Below, in pieces: positions 10,811 to 20,715 of a DNA stretch of 64,000 nt. Source of the DNA: Nitrospirota bacterium (lineage in GTDB: Bacteria > Nitrospirota > UBA9217); contig CAVVUN010000009.1 in assembly GCA_963751455.1 (NCBI GenBank), forward strand, positions 320,001 through 384,000, read 5' to 3'. Position numbers and translations under genes: made by a program. Numbering within the stretch: the first letter of the stretch is position 1; every line of letters begins with the position of its first letter. Below the pieces are notes generated by a model, which had not been told where the DNA came from, ran no database searches, and saw only the letters and a program-made list of their open reading frames with translations.

Positions 10811-12121
10811 ATGAAATCATTTCATATCATTACGTTCGGTTGCCAGATGAACGAGCATGATTCCGAGAGAATGACCGGGATTCTGGAGATGCAGGGATGT
10901 TCGAATGCGCCAGATGCCGCGAGTGCGGACATGATCATTATCAACACGTGCAGCATCCGCGAAAAAGCTGAGCAGAAATTTTACAGCGAACTGGGCCGGC
11001 TGAAGAGTCTTAAGGATGCCAGACCCGGGCTGAAAATCGCCGTAGCTGGCTGCATTGCACAGCAGGAGGGATCGAACATCCTGACCCGCGCGCCCTACGT
11101 CGACATGATATTCGGTCCGTCCGATGTTGGCAGGATTTCCGGATTGATTGAAAAAAGCAATTCCCTGCCTTCACCCCTGATTGATATTAGCGGGGACCCG
11201 GATTACCACCGGAAGAGGTTACCTGCGTCGCGTACCGACAAAATCAAGGCGTGGGTCTCGATCATGTACGGATGCGACAATTACTGCACGTATTGTGTTG
11301 TGCCGTATCTGCGCGGCAGGGAACGGTCTCGTTTGCCTGAAGACATCATCGATGAAATCACCAGCCTGGGAAAACGCGGGTACAAGGAAGTGACCCTTCT
11401 GGGGCAGAATGTAAATTCATACGGTAAGGGACTGGAAGAAAACACCGATTTCCCGACGCTCCTCAAATTGCTCAATGCGGTGGAGGAAATCCAACGGATC
11501 AGGTTCGTTACGTCTCATCCACGGGACCTCTCTGATCGATTGATGTCCTCTGTTCGAGACTTGCCCAAGGTGTGCGAATGGCTTCATCTGCCCATACAGA
11601 GCGGTTCAGACTCCGTCCTTCATTCCATGAACAGAAAGTATGGACGCCTTGATTACCTGGATAAGGTTAAACGTCTGCGCGAAGCGGTGCCTCATATTGC
11701 ATTGACAAGCGATATAATTGTCGGGTTCCCCGGGGAGACGGATTCGGACTTCGAAATGACCCTCAGTCTGCTCGAAGAAGTGCAGTACGACAGCGTTTTC
11801 GGATTTAAATATTCGAAAAGGCCAGGTACGGCGGCTCTAAAGCTTGCCGGTCATATACCGGAACCCGTAAAGGAAGAGCGGCTCGCTCGCGTACTCGATA
11901 TACAAAAAGATATCACCATGAGGAAGAATAAATCATTAATAGGGACTATCCAGGAAGTCCTTCTCGATGGATTCAGTAAAAGAGGCGGAACGATCACCGG
12001 CAGGACCAGGGGAAACAAGGTCGTCAATCTCGAGGCTCCTGCGTCGCTTATCGGTTCCAGCGTATCCGTGAAAATCTCGGCCGCAGGCGTCAACTCTTTA
12101 ACAGGCAAGCTATGCGAATAG
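10811..12121 (+). CDS. miaB: tRNA-2-methylthio-N6-dimethylallyladenosine synthase
   Basis: TFGCQMNEHDS, NTCSIREKAE, GCDNYCTYCVVP, C-terminal TRAM domain. Confidence 0.93.
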   Translation: MKSFHIITFGCQMNEHDSERMTGILEMQGCSNAPDAASADMIIINTCSIREKAEQKFYSELGRLKSLKDARPGLKIAVAGCIAQQEGSNILTRAPYVDMIFGPSDVGRISGLIEKSNSLPSPLIDISGDPDYHRKRLPASRTDKIKAWVSIMYGCDNYCTYCVVPYLRGRERSRLPEDIIDEITSLGKRGYKEVTLLGQNVNSYGKGLEENTDFPTLLKLLNAVEEIQRIRFVTSHPRDLSDRLMSSVRDLPKVCEWLHLPIQSGSDSVLHSMNRKYGRLDYLDKVKRLREAVPHIALTSDIIVGFPGETDSDFEMTLSLLEEVQYDSVFGFKYSKRPGTAALKLAGHIPEPVKEERLARVLDIQKDITMRKNKSLIGTIQEVLLDGFSKRGGTITGRTRGNKVVNLEAPASLIGSSVSVKISAAGVNSLTGKLCE

Positions 12122-13392
12122 CGTTCAATACACTCGGCTGCAAAATCAATCAATACGAAACGGATGTAATGCGCCAGGAGCTTCTTTCTCACGGCAACAC
12201 CATTGTGCCCTTCGAAGAAGAGGCGGATGTCTATATTATCAACACCTGTTCCGTAACGGCGAAAAGCGACTATCAATGCAGGCAGGTGATTCATTCAGCA
12301 GTGCGTCGAAGCCATGGCGCAAATATCGTGGTAACCGGCTGCTATGCGGAAACCCGGCCTGACGAAATCAGAAGCATTGAGGGTGTTAACGTGGTTATTG
12401 GGAACCGTGATAAGGCAACAATATCAGAACAAATCATCAAGCTTCAATTCGAACACGGAGATGATGCATCGTTAAAGGGCTGCTCCCTGATAAAGACGAA
12501 GGCTATCAAATCGAGAACGAGGGGGTTTCTGAAAATACAAGACGGCTGTGACAATAATTGTTCATATTGCATCGTGCCGCTGGCAAGGGGAAAATCTCGA
12601 AGCGCGGATCCCGATCAGGTAATTTCTGAATTTGAATTGCTCGTAAAAGCAAAATGCCCTGAAGTCGTCCTGACCGGAATCCATATCGGCAAGTATGGCT
12701 CCGATCTGCCCCGCGGGACCGATCTCTCGAATCTGATCGCGTCGTTGATTGCCAGGCAGGATAACACGAGGATACGGCTGAGCTCCATTGAACCAAATGA
12801 AATAACTGAGGATATCATCGGGTTTCTGGGCAAAGGACTCTGCAGGCATCTCCATATTCCGCTCCAGAGCGGTGATGACAGCATTCTGAAAGCCATGAAT
12901 AGAAATTATTCCTCCGCTTTCTATCTGAATCTGCTCAATACTGTTTATGATCGCGTTCCGGACATTGCGCTCGGGGCAGATGTGATGGTCGGTTTTCCCG
13001 GTGAAGGAGAGCAGGAGTTTCAAAACACGCTCGATCTTGTGGAACGATCTCATTTGACTCATCTTCATGTCTTCATGTACTCGCCAAGACCCGGCACATC
13101 AGCCGCTGAAATGCCGGCACAGGTACCGGAGCAGATCAAAAAGGTCCGCAGTAGCGTACTTCGCAAATTGGGCATGAACAAAAATTATGAATTCAGGAAA
13201 AAACAGATTGGCTTGACAAAGAAAGTAATAGTAGAAGATAAAATAAATTCGTTTGCGGGTGCGTTAACAGGCATTACTGACAACTACATAAAACTCGCTA
13301 TTCTAGGTGCAAACAAGGCGCATATAGGAAAACAAATCCACGTACGGATTGAAAAAGTAGAAGAAGATGTAAATTTGGCAGTCATTATTTAA
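12112..13392 (+). CDS. mtaB: tRNA t6A methylthiotransferase
   Basis: TLGCKINQYET, INTCSVT, KIQDGCDNNCSYCIVP, IRLSSIEP. Confidence 0.9.
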   Translation: MRIAFNTLGCKINQYETDVMRQELLSHGNTIVPFEEEADVYIINTCSVTAKSDYQCRQVIHSAVRRSHGANIVVTGCYAETRPDEIRSIEGVNVVIGNRDKATISEQIIKLQFEHGDDASLKGCSLIKTKAIKSRTRGFLKIQDGCDNNCSYCIVPLARGKSRSADPDQVISEFELLVKAKCPEVVLTGIHIGKYGSDLPRGTDLSNLIASLIARQDNTRIRLSSIEPNEITEDIIGFLGKGLCRHLHIPLQSGDDSILKAMNRNYSSAFYLNLLNTVYDRVPDIALGADVMVGFPGEGEQEFQNTLDLVERSHLTHLHVFMYSPRPGTSAAEMPAQVPEQIKKVRSSVLRKLGMNKNYEFRKKQIGLTKKVIVEDKINSFAGALTGITDNYIKLAILGANKAHIGKQIHVRIEKVEEDVNLAVII

Positions 13393-13698
13393 GTAACTGT
13401 TTTGTTAGGTATTTACCTGTATATTTATTGTGCAATTTGCATTTAATTCGCGCGAAAAGCATCTAAATAAAAGATATACACAGAGTTAGTAACATGTTTT
13501 CCACACGGTTTGTGCAAACAGATGATAAGCCTTTAGTTAATAATAGTTTTTATGCAGAAGAACTTTTAGAAGACTGGAACTGCAATTTTTTTAATTGATA
13601 CTTTAATTCTCAATAAGACACTTCCTGCACAGACTTGATTCTAAAAAATAATACTTTTTATCTATTCAAATTTTTTTCTGCAATGTTTAACTACAATT

Positions 13699-14781
13699 CT
13701 AGAATTTTAGTTCTTCTCTGTTCACGATATTGTATCGCGTATCTCTTTGACCTGCATCATAACCGGCATCTCTGATTAAATTTACAATTTCCTGTCTTGT
13801 CATCCGGAACGTTACGCCTGCTGCCGCCACGACATTTTCCTCGATCATAGTGCTTCCGAAGTCGTTTGCTCCGAATTCCAACGCTACCTGGGCTATTTTA
13901 GCGCCTTGCGTGACCCAGGATGCCTGAATATTGTCGAAATTATCAAGCATGATGCGCGAAAGAGCAAGGGTCTTCAGGTATTCAACTGCTGTGGCCGATC
14001 GGCCTCCGAGTTTGGTATTGCCCGGCTGGTAAGTCCAGGGTATAAAGGCGGTGAATCCTCGTGTCTGGTCCTGTATAGCTCTCAGCCTCATCAGATGTTC
14101 AACGATTTCCTTATCGGTCTCAAGGCTGCCGAACATCATAGTGGCTGTTGTCGGCATGCCGAGGCCATGCGCAGTTTTCATGACCTCCGCCCATTGTCGC
14201 CATCTGATCTTGTTCGGGCTTACTTTTTTACGCACTCGGTCAACCAGTATTTCAGCGCCGCCTCCCGGAATGGAATCTAATCCGGATGCTTTCAAACGTT
14301 TGAGAGCATCAAGAATTCCTATGCCGGCCTTGTTTGCCACAAAAGTAATTTCAGCAGGGGAGAGTGAGTGTATTTGGATCGTGAACCTGGACTTGATTGA
14401 TGAAAACAGATCTTCAAAGTATTCAATACCGAGGTCCGGGTGAACGCCGCCCTGCATCAGTATCTGTGTACCACCCTGTGCTATCGTCTCCTCGATCTTC
14501 CTGAAGATTTCACCTTTACTGAGAACATAAGCATCCGGGCTGTCAGCATCGCGGTAAAACGCACAGAATCTGCATTTATTGATGCAGATGTTCGTGTAGT
14601 TGATGTTGCGGTCTACGATGAACGTGACCAGCCGTTCAGGATGGAGACGTTTGCGGACCGCTGTTGCCAGTTCTCCGAGGGTCAGAAGGTCGGCTTTTCT
14701 GAAGAGAAGTAATCCTTCTTCGGGAGTGAGTCGTTTACCCTCTGTTGCCTCTGCTATTATCTTTTTTAATTCCCTGGCCAT
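13699..14781 (-). CDS. mqnC: Cyclic dehypoxanthinyl futalosine synthase
   Basis: DRNINYTNIC..CRFCAF, NIQASWVTQG, NDFGSTMIEENVV. Confidence 0.92.
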   Translation of the reverse strand: MARELKKIIAEATEGKRLTPEEGLLLFRKADLLTLGELATAVRKRLHPERLVTFIVDRNINYTNICINKCRFCAFYRDADSPDAYVLSKGEIFRKIEETIAQGGTQILMQGGVHPDLGIEYFEDLFSSIKSRFTIQIHSLSPAEITFVANKAGIGILDALKRLKASGLDSIPGGGAEILVDRVRKKVSPNKIRWRQWAEVMKTAHGLGMPTTATMMFGSLETDKEIVEHLMRLRAIQDQTRGFTAFIPWTYQPGNTKLGGRSATAVEYLKTLALSRIMLDNFDNIQASWVTQGAKIAQVALEFGANDFGSTMIEENVVAAAGVTFRMTRQEIVNLIRDAGYDAGQRDTRYNIVNREELKF

Positions 14782-14807
14782 CCCTGTTCATCCCCGGCAG
14801 AATCGTT

Positions 14808-15941
14808 TTACTTGCAAACCTTTACCACGTTGTAAATCGTATCTCTTTCCACCGGAATCCGTCCAGCCTGTTTTATCAGATGCACGATATCATCCTTCGT
14901 CATGCTCCCGTCCGTTGTGCCGCCCGCGGCCTTCGTGATCCGTTCCTCGACTACCGTGCCGTCCAAATCGTCGACGCCGAAGGCAAGGGAGACCTGGGCT
15001 GTCTTTTCTCCAAGCATTACCCAGTAAGCTTTGATGTGATCGAAGTTGTCCAGCATAAGGCGGGATATGGCGAGTGTCTTCAGGTCGTCAAAGCCCGTGG
15101 TGTACGCTGATTTTTTTATTTCCGTATTGGGTGAATGAAAACTGAGGGGAATAAAAGCCTGGAACCCGCCTGTTCTGTCCTGCAGGTCCCTGAGCCTGAT
15201 CAGATGGTCAATCCGGTCTTCGTGTGTTTCAATATGGCCATAAAGCATGGTCGCATTTGTCTTCAGCCCTGTTTTATGTGCCGCCTCAATCACGTCCAGC
15301 CAGCGATCACCGCTTATTTTTTCGGCGCAGAGGGTATTGCGAACCGAGGAGTTAAATATCTCCGCTCCGCCGCCCGGCATGGAATCGAGGCCCGCTTCCT
15401 TAAGCCTGACTAACGTTTCCCCGACGTTGAACCCCGATATCCGCGAAAGATAATCGATCTCTACGGCCGTGAAAGCCTTGAGATGGATATCAGGAAATTC
15501 TTTTTTTAACGCGGAAAGCATATCGAGATACCACTGAAACGGAAGGTCCGGGTGGAGACCGGAAACAATGTGAAGCTCCCGGATGCCTTTTCGTGCGCCC
15601 CGGGCTTTGTTCAAAATATCGTCAATGCTCATTTGATACGCGCCCGGCTCGCCCTTGCTTCTGCTGAACGCACAGAATTTGCATCGGTTGACGCATATAT
15701 TGGTCGGATTGATATGCATGTTCCGGACGAAGTAGACGTTATTGCCGTTCTTTACATGACCGACATGGCTTGCCAGGCGGCCGAGAGCAAGAAGATCATT
15801 CGACCTGAAAAGCTTAATACCGTCTTCACGGGCCAGGCGCCGGCTCGAATACACTTTTTCTTTGATATGATCAATCGACATTATTTTTAAGGTTCGGAGG
15901 TATGATGCAGATGTGCGAACAAGGCGTTTAACGTGGATCAT
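14808..15941 (-). CDS. mqnE: Aminofutalosine synthase
   Basis: HINPTNIC..CKFCAF, HIKAYWVMLG, DDLDGTVVEERI; true start likely near 15881. Confidence 0.9.
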   Translation of the reverse strand: MIHVKRLVRTSASYLRTLKIMSIDHIKEKVYSSRRLAREDGIKLFRSNDLLALGRLASHVGHVKNGNNVYFVRNMHINPTNICVNRCKFCAFSRSKGEPGAYQMSIDDILNKARGARKGIRELHIVSGLHPDLPFQWYLDMLSALKKEFPDIHLKAFTAVEIDYLSRISGFNVGETLVRLKEAGLDSMPGGGAEIFNSSVRNTLCAEKISGDRWLDVIEAAHKTGLKTNATMLYGHIETHEDRIDHLIRLRDLQDRTGGFQAFIPLSFHSPNTEIKKSAYTTGFDDLKTLAISRLMLDNFDHIKAYWVMLGEKTAQVSLAFGVDDLDGTVVEERITKAAGGTTDGSMTKDDIVHLIKQAGRIPVERDTIYNVVKVCK

Positions 15942-17208
15942 GCATCGTGGATCTTTTTTTATCAGTATAAATTATTTTCCCGTTGACCATCGTCATAATA
16001 CAGGATTTCGTTTCTCTGAGCAAGTCGGAATAGACATCCCCGGTATTTATAGTCGGCAGGGGAACAGCAATGATGTCCGCTTTTTTCCCGCGTTCTATTG
16101 TCCCGATTTCATGACCAAGACCCAACGCTTTTGCCCCTTCGATAGTTGCGAGTCTAAAGATATCATCCGGCTTTACACCATCCCGTTGATGAATATGATA
16201 TGCATACCGCATTTCATCCCACATGCTGAGACTCGGTGAACTGGCAAGACTGTCGGTGCCAAGACCAACCATTATACCCGAGTCTAAAAACTTTTTGAGC
16301 CGCATTTTTCCGACTCCGGTTTCCTTGTTGCTCCGGGGACAATGAACAACAGGCGAACCCGCTTTTCGCAGAATTTCAATATCTTCATTCGTTGCCTGTG
16401 TTGCGTGCACCGCGAGAAAATGGGGAGTGAGCAGTCCGAGTTTATTTAGATACTGAAAGGGTGAATCAGCAACCGGCGCCCATGCCACGTTCCAGCCGGC
16501 AAGTTGATAGAGCTTTTCTAAACAGCTTTTCCTGCCGCGCAGGAGCATGGTCTCATCTTTTGATTCCGCCACATGCATGCACAGGGACGGTTTCTTGCGA
16601 CCTGAAATAGCTTTTAGGTGACGCAATATACGTTCAGACACCGTGTACGGCGCATGGGGAGAAATACCGGTTCGTATTTTATGTGTTGAAGATCGTAAAG
16701 GAGTTTTGGAATGGCGCGGTAAGGGCGCGAGGGGATCCATGGAGATAATTTCCCGATAGATCATTGCTCGCAAACCGCTTCGCTTCAACACATCGGGACT
16801 GGCATTATGCGTGCAGATTTCAGCGACCATCGTCGTCCCCGTTTCAATGAGTGTTTGAACATTGTTCAACGCTGCTTTTCGGTAATCATTTATCCGAAGC
16901 CTTTTTTTTGCCGCGATCAGATTGAGTACCCATCCCGGGAATGTTTTGGCACGGACCGAATCGAGCAACTCGGGCAGTTCAAGATGGGCATGAAGGTTGA
17001 TAAGGCCGGGCATGAGAACCGCGTTCTTGAAAGAGCGCACGCGATGGGTCGGATATCTATTTATAATCTCGCTAGCAGGACCAACAGCTTCAATCACGCC
17101 TTGACTGACAACTATGGCGCCGCTATTGATCAATTTCATTCCATGCTGAAGTGCGAGCAGTTTCCGGGCGGTGATGATCATGGCAGTTGCGTGAATGCTA
17201 TCATTCAC
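15928..17208 (-). CDS. Metal-dependent amidohydrolase, probable aminodeoxyfutalosine deaminase
   Basis: PGLINLHAHLE, SPHAPY, HVAES, HCPRSN, LGTDS; adjacent to mqnE-mqnC. Confidence 0.75.
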   Translation of the reverse strand: MNDSIHATAMIITARKLLALQHGMKLINSGAIVVSQGVIEAVGPASEIINRYPTHRVRSFKNAVLMPGLINLHAHLELPELLDSVRAKTFPGWVLNLIAAKKRLRINDYRKAALNNVQTLIETGTTMVAEICTHNASPDVLKRSGLRAMIYREIISMDPLAPLPRHSKTPLRSSTHKIRTGISPHAPYTVSERILRHLKAISGRKKPSLCMHVAESKDETMLLRGRKSCLEKLYQLAGWNVAWAPVADSPFQYLNKLGLLTPHFLAVHATQATNEDIEILRKAGSPVVHCPRSNKETGVGKMRLKKFLDSGIMVGLGTDSLASSPSLSMWDEMRYAYHIHQRDGVKPDDIFRLATIEGAKALGLGHEIGTIERGKKADIIAVPLPTINTGDVYSDLLRETKSCIMTMVNGKIIYTDKKRSTMHDPR

Positions 17209-17279
17209 ACAGTTTCATGTCAATCAGTGTTTTCTAACCGTCATCACCTTATCCAATATACACTTAATATGCCATTTTT

Positions 17280-17297
17280 TGTCACCATCATGTGACA
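17280..17297. promoter_or_regulatory. Candidate enhancer site for a sigma54 activator (PilR-like)
   Basis: TGTCAC-N6-GTGACA palindrome ~60 bp upstream of the sigma54 motif. Confidence 0.45.
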
Positions 17298-17356
17298 ATC
17301 AAAGTCAATTAAGCCTAAATACATACTCAACTACTTGATATTTAATAAATAATTAA

Positions 17357-17372
17357 TGGCACAGTATCTGCA
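17357..17372 (+). promoter_or_regulatory. Sigma54 (-24/-12) promoter of pilA
   Basis: TGGCAC-AGTAT-CTGCA versus consensus TGGCAC-N5-TTGCW; pilA is sigma54-dependent in Pseudomonas, Myxococcus and Geobacter. Confidence 0.75.
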
Positions 17373-17475
17373 CATTCTATTCCGAAAAGTTTGAGGTCTT
17401 TGGAAGGAGGTGAAATCCATAAAAGAGATCTCAAGCCAAACAGGGACTATATTTGGAATTGAAAAATAAACACTT

Positions 17476-18105
17476 ATGGGAGAAAATACAATGAAAATGA
17501 ATAAAAAAGGTTTTACCCTTATCGAACTTCTGATCGTCGTGGCCATCATCGCGATTCTGGCGGCCATCGCTATTCCCCAGTTTTCTTCATACAGAATCAG
17601 AGGCTATAATGCCGCTGCCAACAGCGACATTAGAAATCTGAAACTGGCACAGGAGTCATTCAAAACCGATTGGCAAGTGTATCCCTCTACAATGGGTTGC
17701 GCTCCAAACTATCCATACGGCGGCTGCACTGGCGGTCTCGGAAACGGTGTAGTGGTAAATGGACCTGGTAATGTATCCATGAGCGTCATCCAGTATGGAA
17801 TCGTTGCTGGACAGTATCCGACAGCCGCCACGAAGCATGCTTTTGGTCTTTCAAACGGCGTACGTTCACAAATAGGTAACACCGCCGTAACTGCAGCGAA
17901 TTACATTGCACATACGGCCCATTCGCAGGGTGATACGATCTATAGTGCTGATTCTGACAATACCCAGATTAAAATGGGCGGAAAGACCGCTGGTGGAGCC
18001 CTAACCTCTTTGTCAACTAAAGTTGCCGGTGGCAACTTAGCACTTAGTCCAATTGCCTCGACAGCTGGAGATAACCTTACTGATCCCAACTATGCCAACA
18101 TGTAA
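17476..18105 (+). CDS. pilA: Type IVa major pilin
   Basis: KKG/FTLIELLIVVAIIAILAAIAIPQF prepilin cleavage motif; true start 17491 or 17497. Confidence 0.92.
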   Translation: MGENTMKMNKKGFTLIELLIVVAIIAILAAIAIPQFSSYRIRGYNAAANSDIRNLKLAQESFKTDWQVYPSTMGCAPNYPYGGCTGGLGNGVVVNGPGNVSMSVIQYGIVAGQYPTAATKHAFGLSNGVRSQIGNTAVTAANYIAHTAHSQGDTIYSADSDNTQIKMGGKTAGGALTSLSTKVAGGNLALSPIASTAGDNLTDPNYANM

Positions 18106-18126
18106 TTAGGTGAAATTACAACCATG

Positions 18127-18156
18127 AAAAGGCCGGGGAGATCCCGGCCTTTTTTT
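18127..18156 (+). terminator. Rho-independent terminator after pilA
   Basis: AAAAGGCCGGG-GAGAT-CCCGGCC-TTTTTTT. Confidence 0.9.
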
Positions 18157-18282
18157 AAACCAAATCAATCATCGGAGTTTAGCAGACAACGTCGCTGCTT
18201 CTTCCTTTCATCTTTACCGTGCCGTACCTTCCACGCAAATTCTAGTTGAAATTTCATTATATCGGGGGTATAACTTCATCCA

Positions 18283-19026
18283 ATGATAAAGATTGCAGGG
18301 ATTTCCAAAGAATTTAAAGACGGCGTCCGCGGCAAGAAGATCAAGGCGCTGGAACAGCTTGATCTCGAAGTGCATAAGGGAGAAGTTTTCGGTTTCCTCG
18401 GTCCGAACGGTGCTGGAAAATCAACGACGATGAAGCTCCTCATGAACCTTATTTTTCCGGATCAGGGGACTGCTCTGATTATGGGTCATGATGTCCATAA
18501 CCTGGAAACACGAAGGCATGTGGGATATCTTCCGGAAAATCCCTACTTTTACGATTATCTGACCGCCGAGGAATTGCTCTGGTTCGGAGGCAGGACATCA
18601 GGCATGTCATCCGCCTCCATAAAACAAAGAACCGATGAACTTCTGGTCAAAGTCGACCTTGATAATGTTCGGAAGCGGCAATTAAGAACATATTCAAAAG
18701 GGATGGTCCAGCGGGCAGGGCTCGCTCTGGCACTTGTTCATGACCCCGAGTTAGCGATCCTCGACGAACCCATGAGCGGGCTCGATCCCATCGGAAGAAA
18801 AATGGTTGGGGACCTCATTCTTGAGCTCAAAGCGAGGGGAAAAACGATTTTTTTCTCCTCCCATATTCTTACGGACATCGAGCGGTTTTGCGACAGGGTG
18901 GGCATCATCATCAACGGCAAGCTGCGAATGGTGGATGACTTAAAGCATCTCTTGTCTGTTTCCGCGGGTCTGGAAGAAGTCTTTATGAAGGAAGTGGAAA
19001 AAGCCGGCGGAGGTATCGGAGCATGA
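18283..19026 (+). CDS. ABC transporter ATP-binding protein (pilin-associated)
   Basis: GPNGAGKST, YSKGM, ILDEP, SSH motifs. Confidence 0.92.
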   Translation: MIKIAGISKEFKDGVRGKKIKALEQLDLEVHKGEVFGFLGPNGAGKSTTMKLLMNLIFPDQGTALIMGHDVHNLETRRHVGYLPENPYFYDYLTAEELLWFGGRTSGMSSASIKQRTDELLVKVDLDNVRKRQLRTYSKGMVQRAGLALALVHDPELAILDEPMSGLDPIGRKMVGDLILELKARGKTIFFSSHILTDIERFCDRVGIIINGKLRMVDDLKHLLSVSAGLEEVFMKEVEKAGGGIGA

Positions 19027-19835
19027 GCGCACTTTGGCCTATTTCATTGATCACCTTTAAGGAGGGCATCCGGGACAAGGCAATCTTTGGAATCTTTCTG
19101 ATCGCGCTCTTTCTGCTTGTGGTAAATTCCCTGATTTGCAGCATGATTCCCCGGGAGGTCGGCAAGGTCGCGATTGATATCGCCTTATCCACTGTTTCTT
19201 TTTCCGGCCTCTTGCTCGTATTGTTTGTCGGCATTAACCTTATGGCGAAAGATCTGGACAAGCGGACGATTTACATGGTGCTATCCCGGCCGATTTCCCG
19301 GTCCCAGTATATTCTCGGTAAATTTTTCGGGATGGCCATGCTCATCGTGGCCATGATCGTATTTCTGAGTCTTTTTGCAATCTTTTCCATTTTCATGATC
19401 AAGTCGTCCTATCCGGGCTATTTCCCGATCATATCCTGGCGTCTGTTGCTGGCGGCCATTGCGTTTATCTCCCTGTCGCTCATCCTGCTTTCGTCCTTGA
19501 GTTTTCTTTTTGCTTCATTCACCTCATCGTCGTTCATTACCCTGGTTCTGACCGTGATCTCATACGTCATCGGCCATTCCGTAAATGACGTGAAAGCCCT
19601 TCTTGAATCATCACAAGTTTCCAGCATACAACCATCCGCCGTTACGATTGCCCTGGCGAAAGCAGCATACTATCTCTTTCCCAATCTATCGGTTTTCGAC
19701 ATCAAAATTCAGGTTGCCCACGCTCTTCCTCTTGCCTCGGAATATATAATCTGGGCCGTACTTTACGGACTCGTCTATACTTCGCTGGTTATTGCAGTCG
19801 CAGCCGTGATGTTTCGGAAGAAGGAATTTCCATGA
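19023..19835 (+). CDS. ABC-2 type permease (pilin-associated)
   Basis: About six TM helices, KRTIYMVLSRPISR...LGKF, C-terminal FRKKEF. Confidence 0.85.
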   Translation: MSALWPISLITFKEGIRDKAIFGIFLIALFLLVVNSLICSMIPREVGKVAIDIALSTVSFSGLLLVLFVGINLMAKDLDKRTIYMVLSRPISRSQYILGKFFGMAMLIVAMIVFLSLFAIFSIFMIKSSYPGYFPIISWRLLLAAIAFISLSLILLSSLSFLFASFTSSSFITLVLTVISYVIGHSVNDVKALLESSQVSSIQPSAVTIALAKAAYYLFPNLSVFDIKIQVAHALPLASEYIIWAVLYGLVYTSLVIAVAAVMFRKKEFP

Positions 19836-20698
19836 TAATGCGGAGACTGGCCCCAGCCATTCTGGTGATGCTCTTACTTGCCGCGCATTATATTTCTCTT
19901 CAAAAAATTACCGCAGCACTGAAGGCGCTTCCCAAAAATGAAAACACGGCCTATGTTGTGCCGCCGACGATTTTACGGATCACCGCACTGGAATTCCAGG
20001 GTATTATTTCCGACTATTTATTCCTTAAGTCGCTTGTGTTTATCGGCAGTACGATTGAAAGAACGGAGCGCCCGCGAGTAAAGACTTGGGAATGGAAATG
20101 GCTTTACAACATAATCGATGCCTCGTCGAGCCTCGACCCGTACTTCTTTGATCCCTATTATTTCAGCGAAGCGAATTTCACGTGGGATGCGATGATGATC
20201 GAGGATACAAATCTCCTCCTTGAACGGGGCGTCAAGTACCGTCCTTGGGATTCAACAACTCCATTTTTCATCGGCTTCAACTACTTCTACTTTCTTCGGG
20301 ACAATTTCAACGCCCGTAAATACCTGATCGAAGCTTCACGAAGACCGGATGCACAGGACCTGTATGCCGATCTTGCCGCCAAGCTTTCATCCGAGAGTAA
20401 ACGCACCGAAAATGCGATCAGTTTTCTGGAAGGATTGTTGAAGGGGACTGAGGATGAAGTCCTCCGGAAGCGGTATGAAGCGCGGATAGCGTTCCTCAGA
20501 GGCGTGCTCGAGGTGGAACATGCTGTGGAGCTCTACAAAAAAAGGTTCGCTCGGAAACCCGTTGATATCAGTGTATTGGTCCGTTCAGGTATGCTGCGTG
20601 AGGTTCCGGCGGATCCTTCCGGGGGACAATTATTCCTCGACTATGACGGGAGCGTGAAAAGCATAAGTGAATTGCAACCGGGCAGCGCGCTCCCATAA
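19832..20698 (+). CDS. Membrane-anchored TPR-like protein of pilin locus
   Basis: N-terminal TM, LDPYFFDPY, helical repeats, C-terminal PADPSGG; typical partner of this ABC pair. Confidence 0.6.
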   Translation: MIMRRLAPAILVMLLLAAHYISLQKITAALKALPKNENTAYVVPPTILRITALEFQGIISDYLFLKSLVFIGSTIERTERPRVKTWEWKWLYNIIDASSSLDPYFFDPYYFSEANFTWDAMMIEDTNLLLERGVKYRPWDSTTPFFIGFNYFYFLRDNFNARKYLIEASRRPDAQDLYADLAAKLSSESKRTENAISFLEGLLKGTEDEVLRKRYEARIAFLRGVLEVEHAVELYKKRFARKPVDISVLVRSGMLREVPADPSGGQLFLDYDGSVKSISELQPGSALP

Positions 20699-20715
20699 GA
20701 CTGTGCCGCTGCGCG

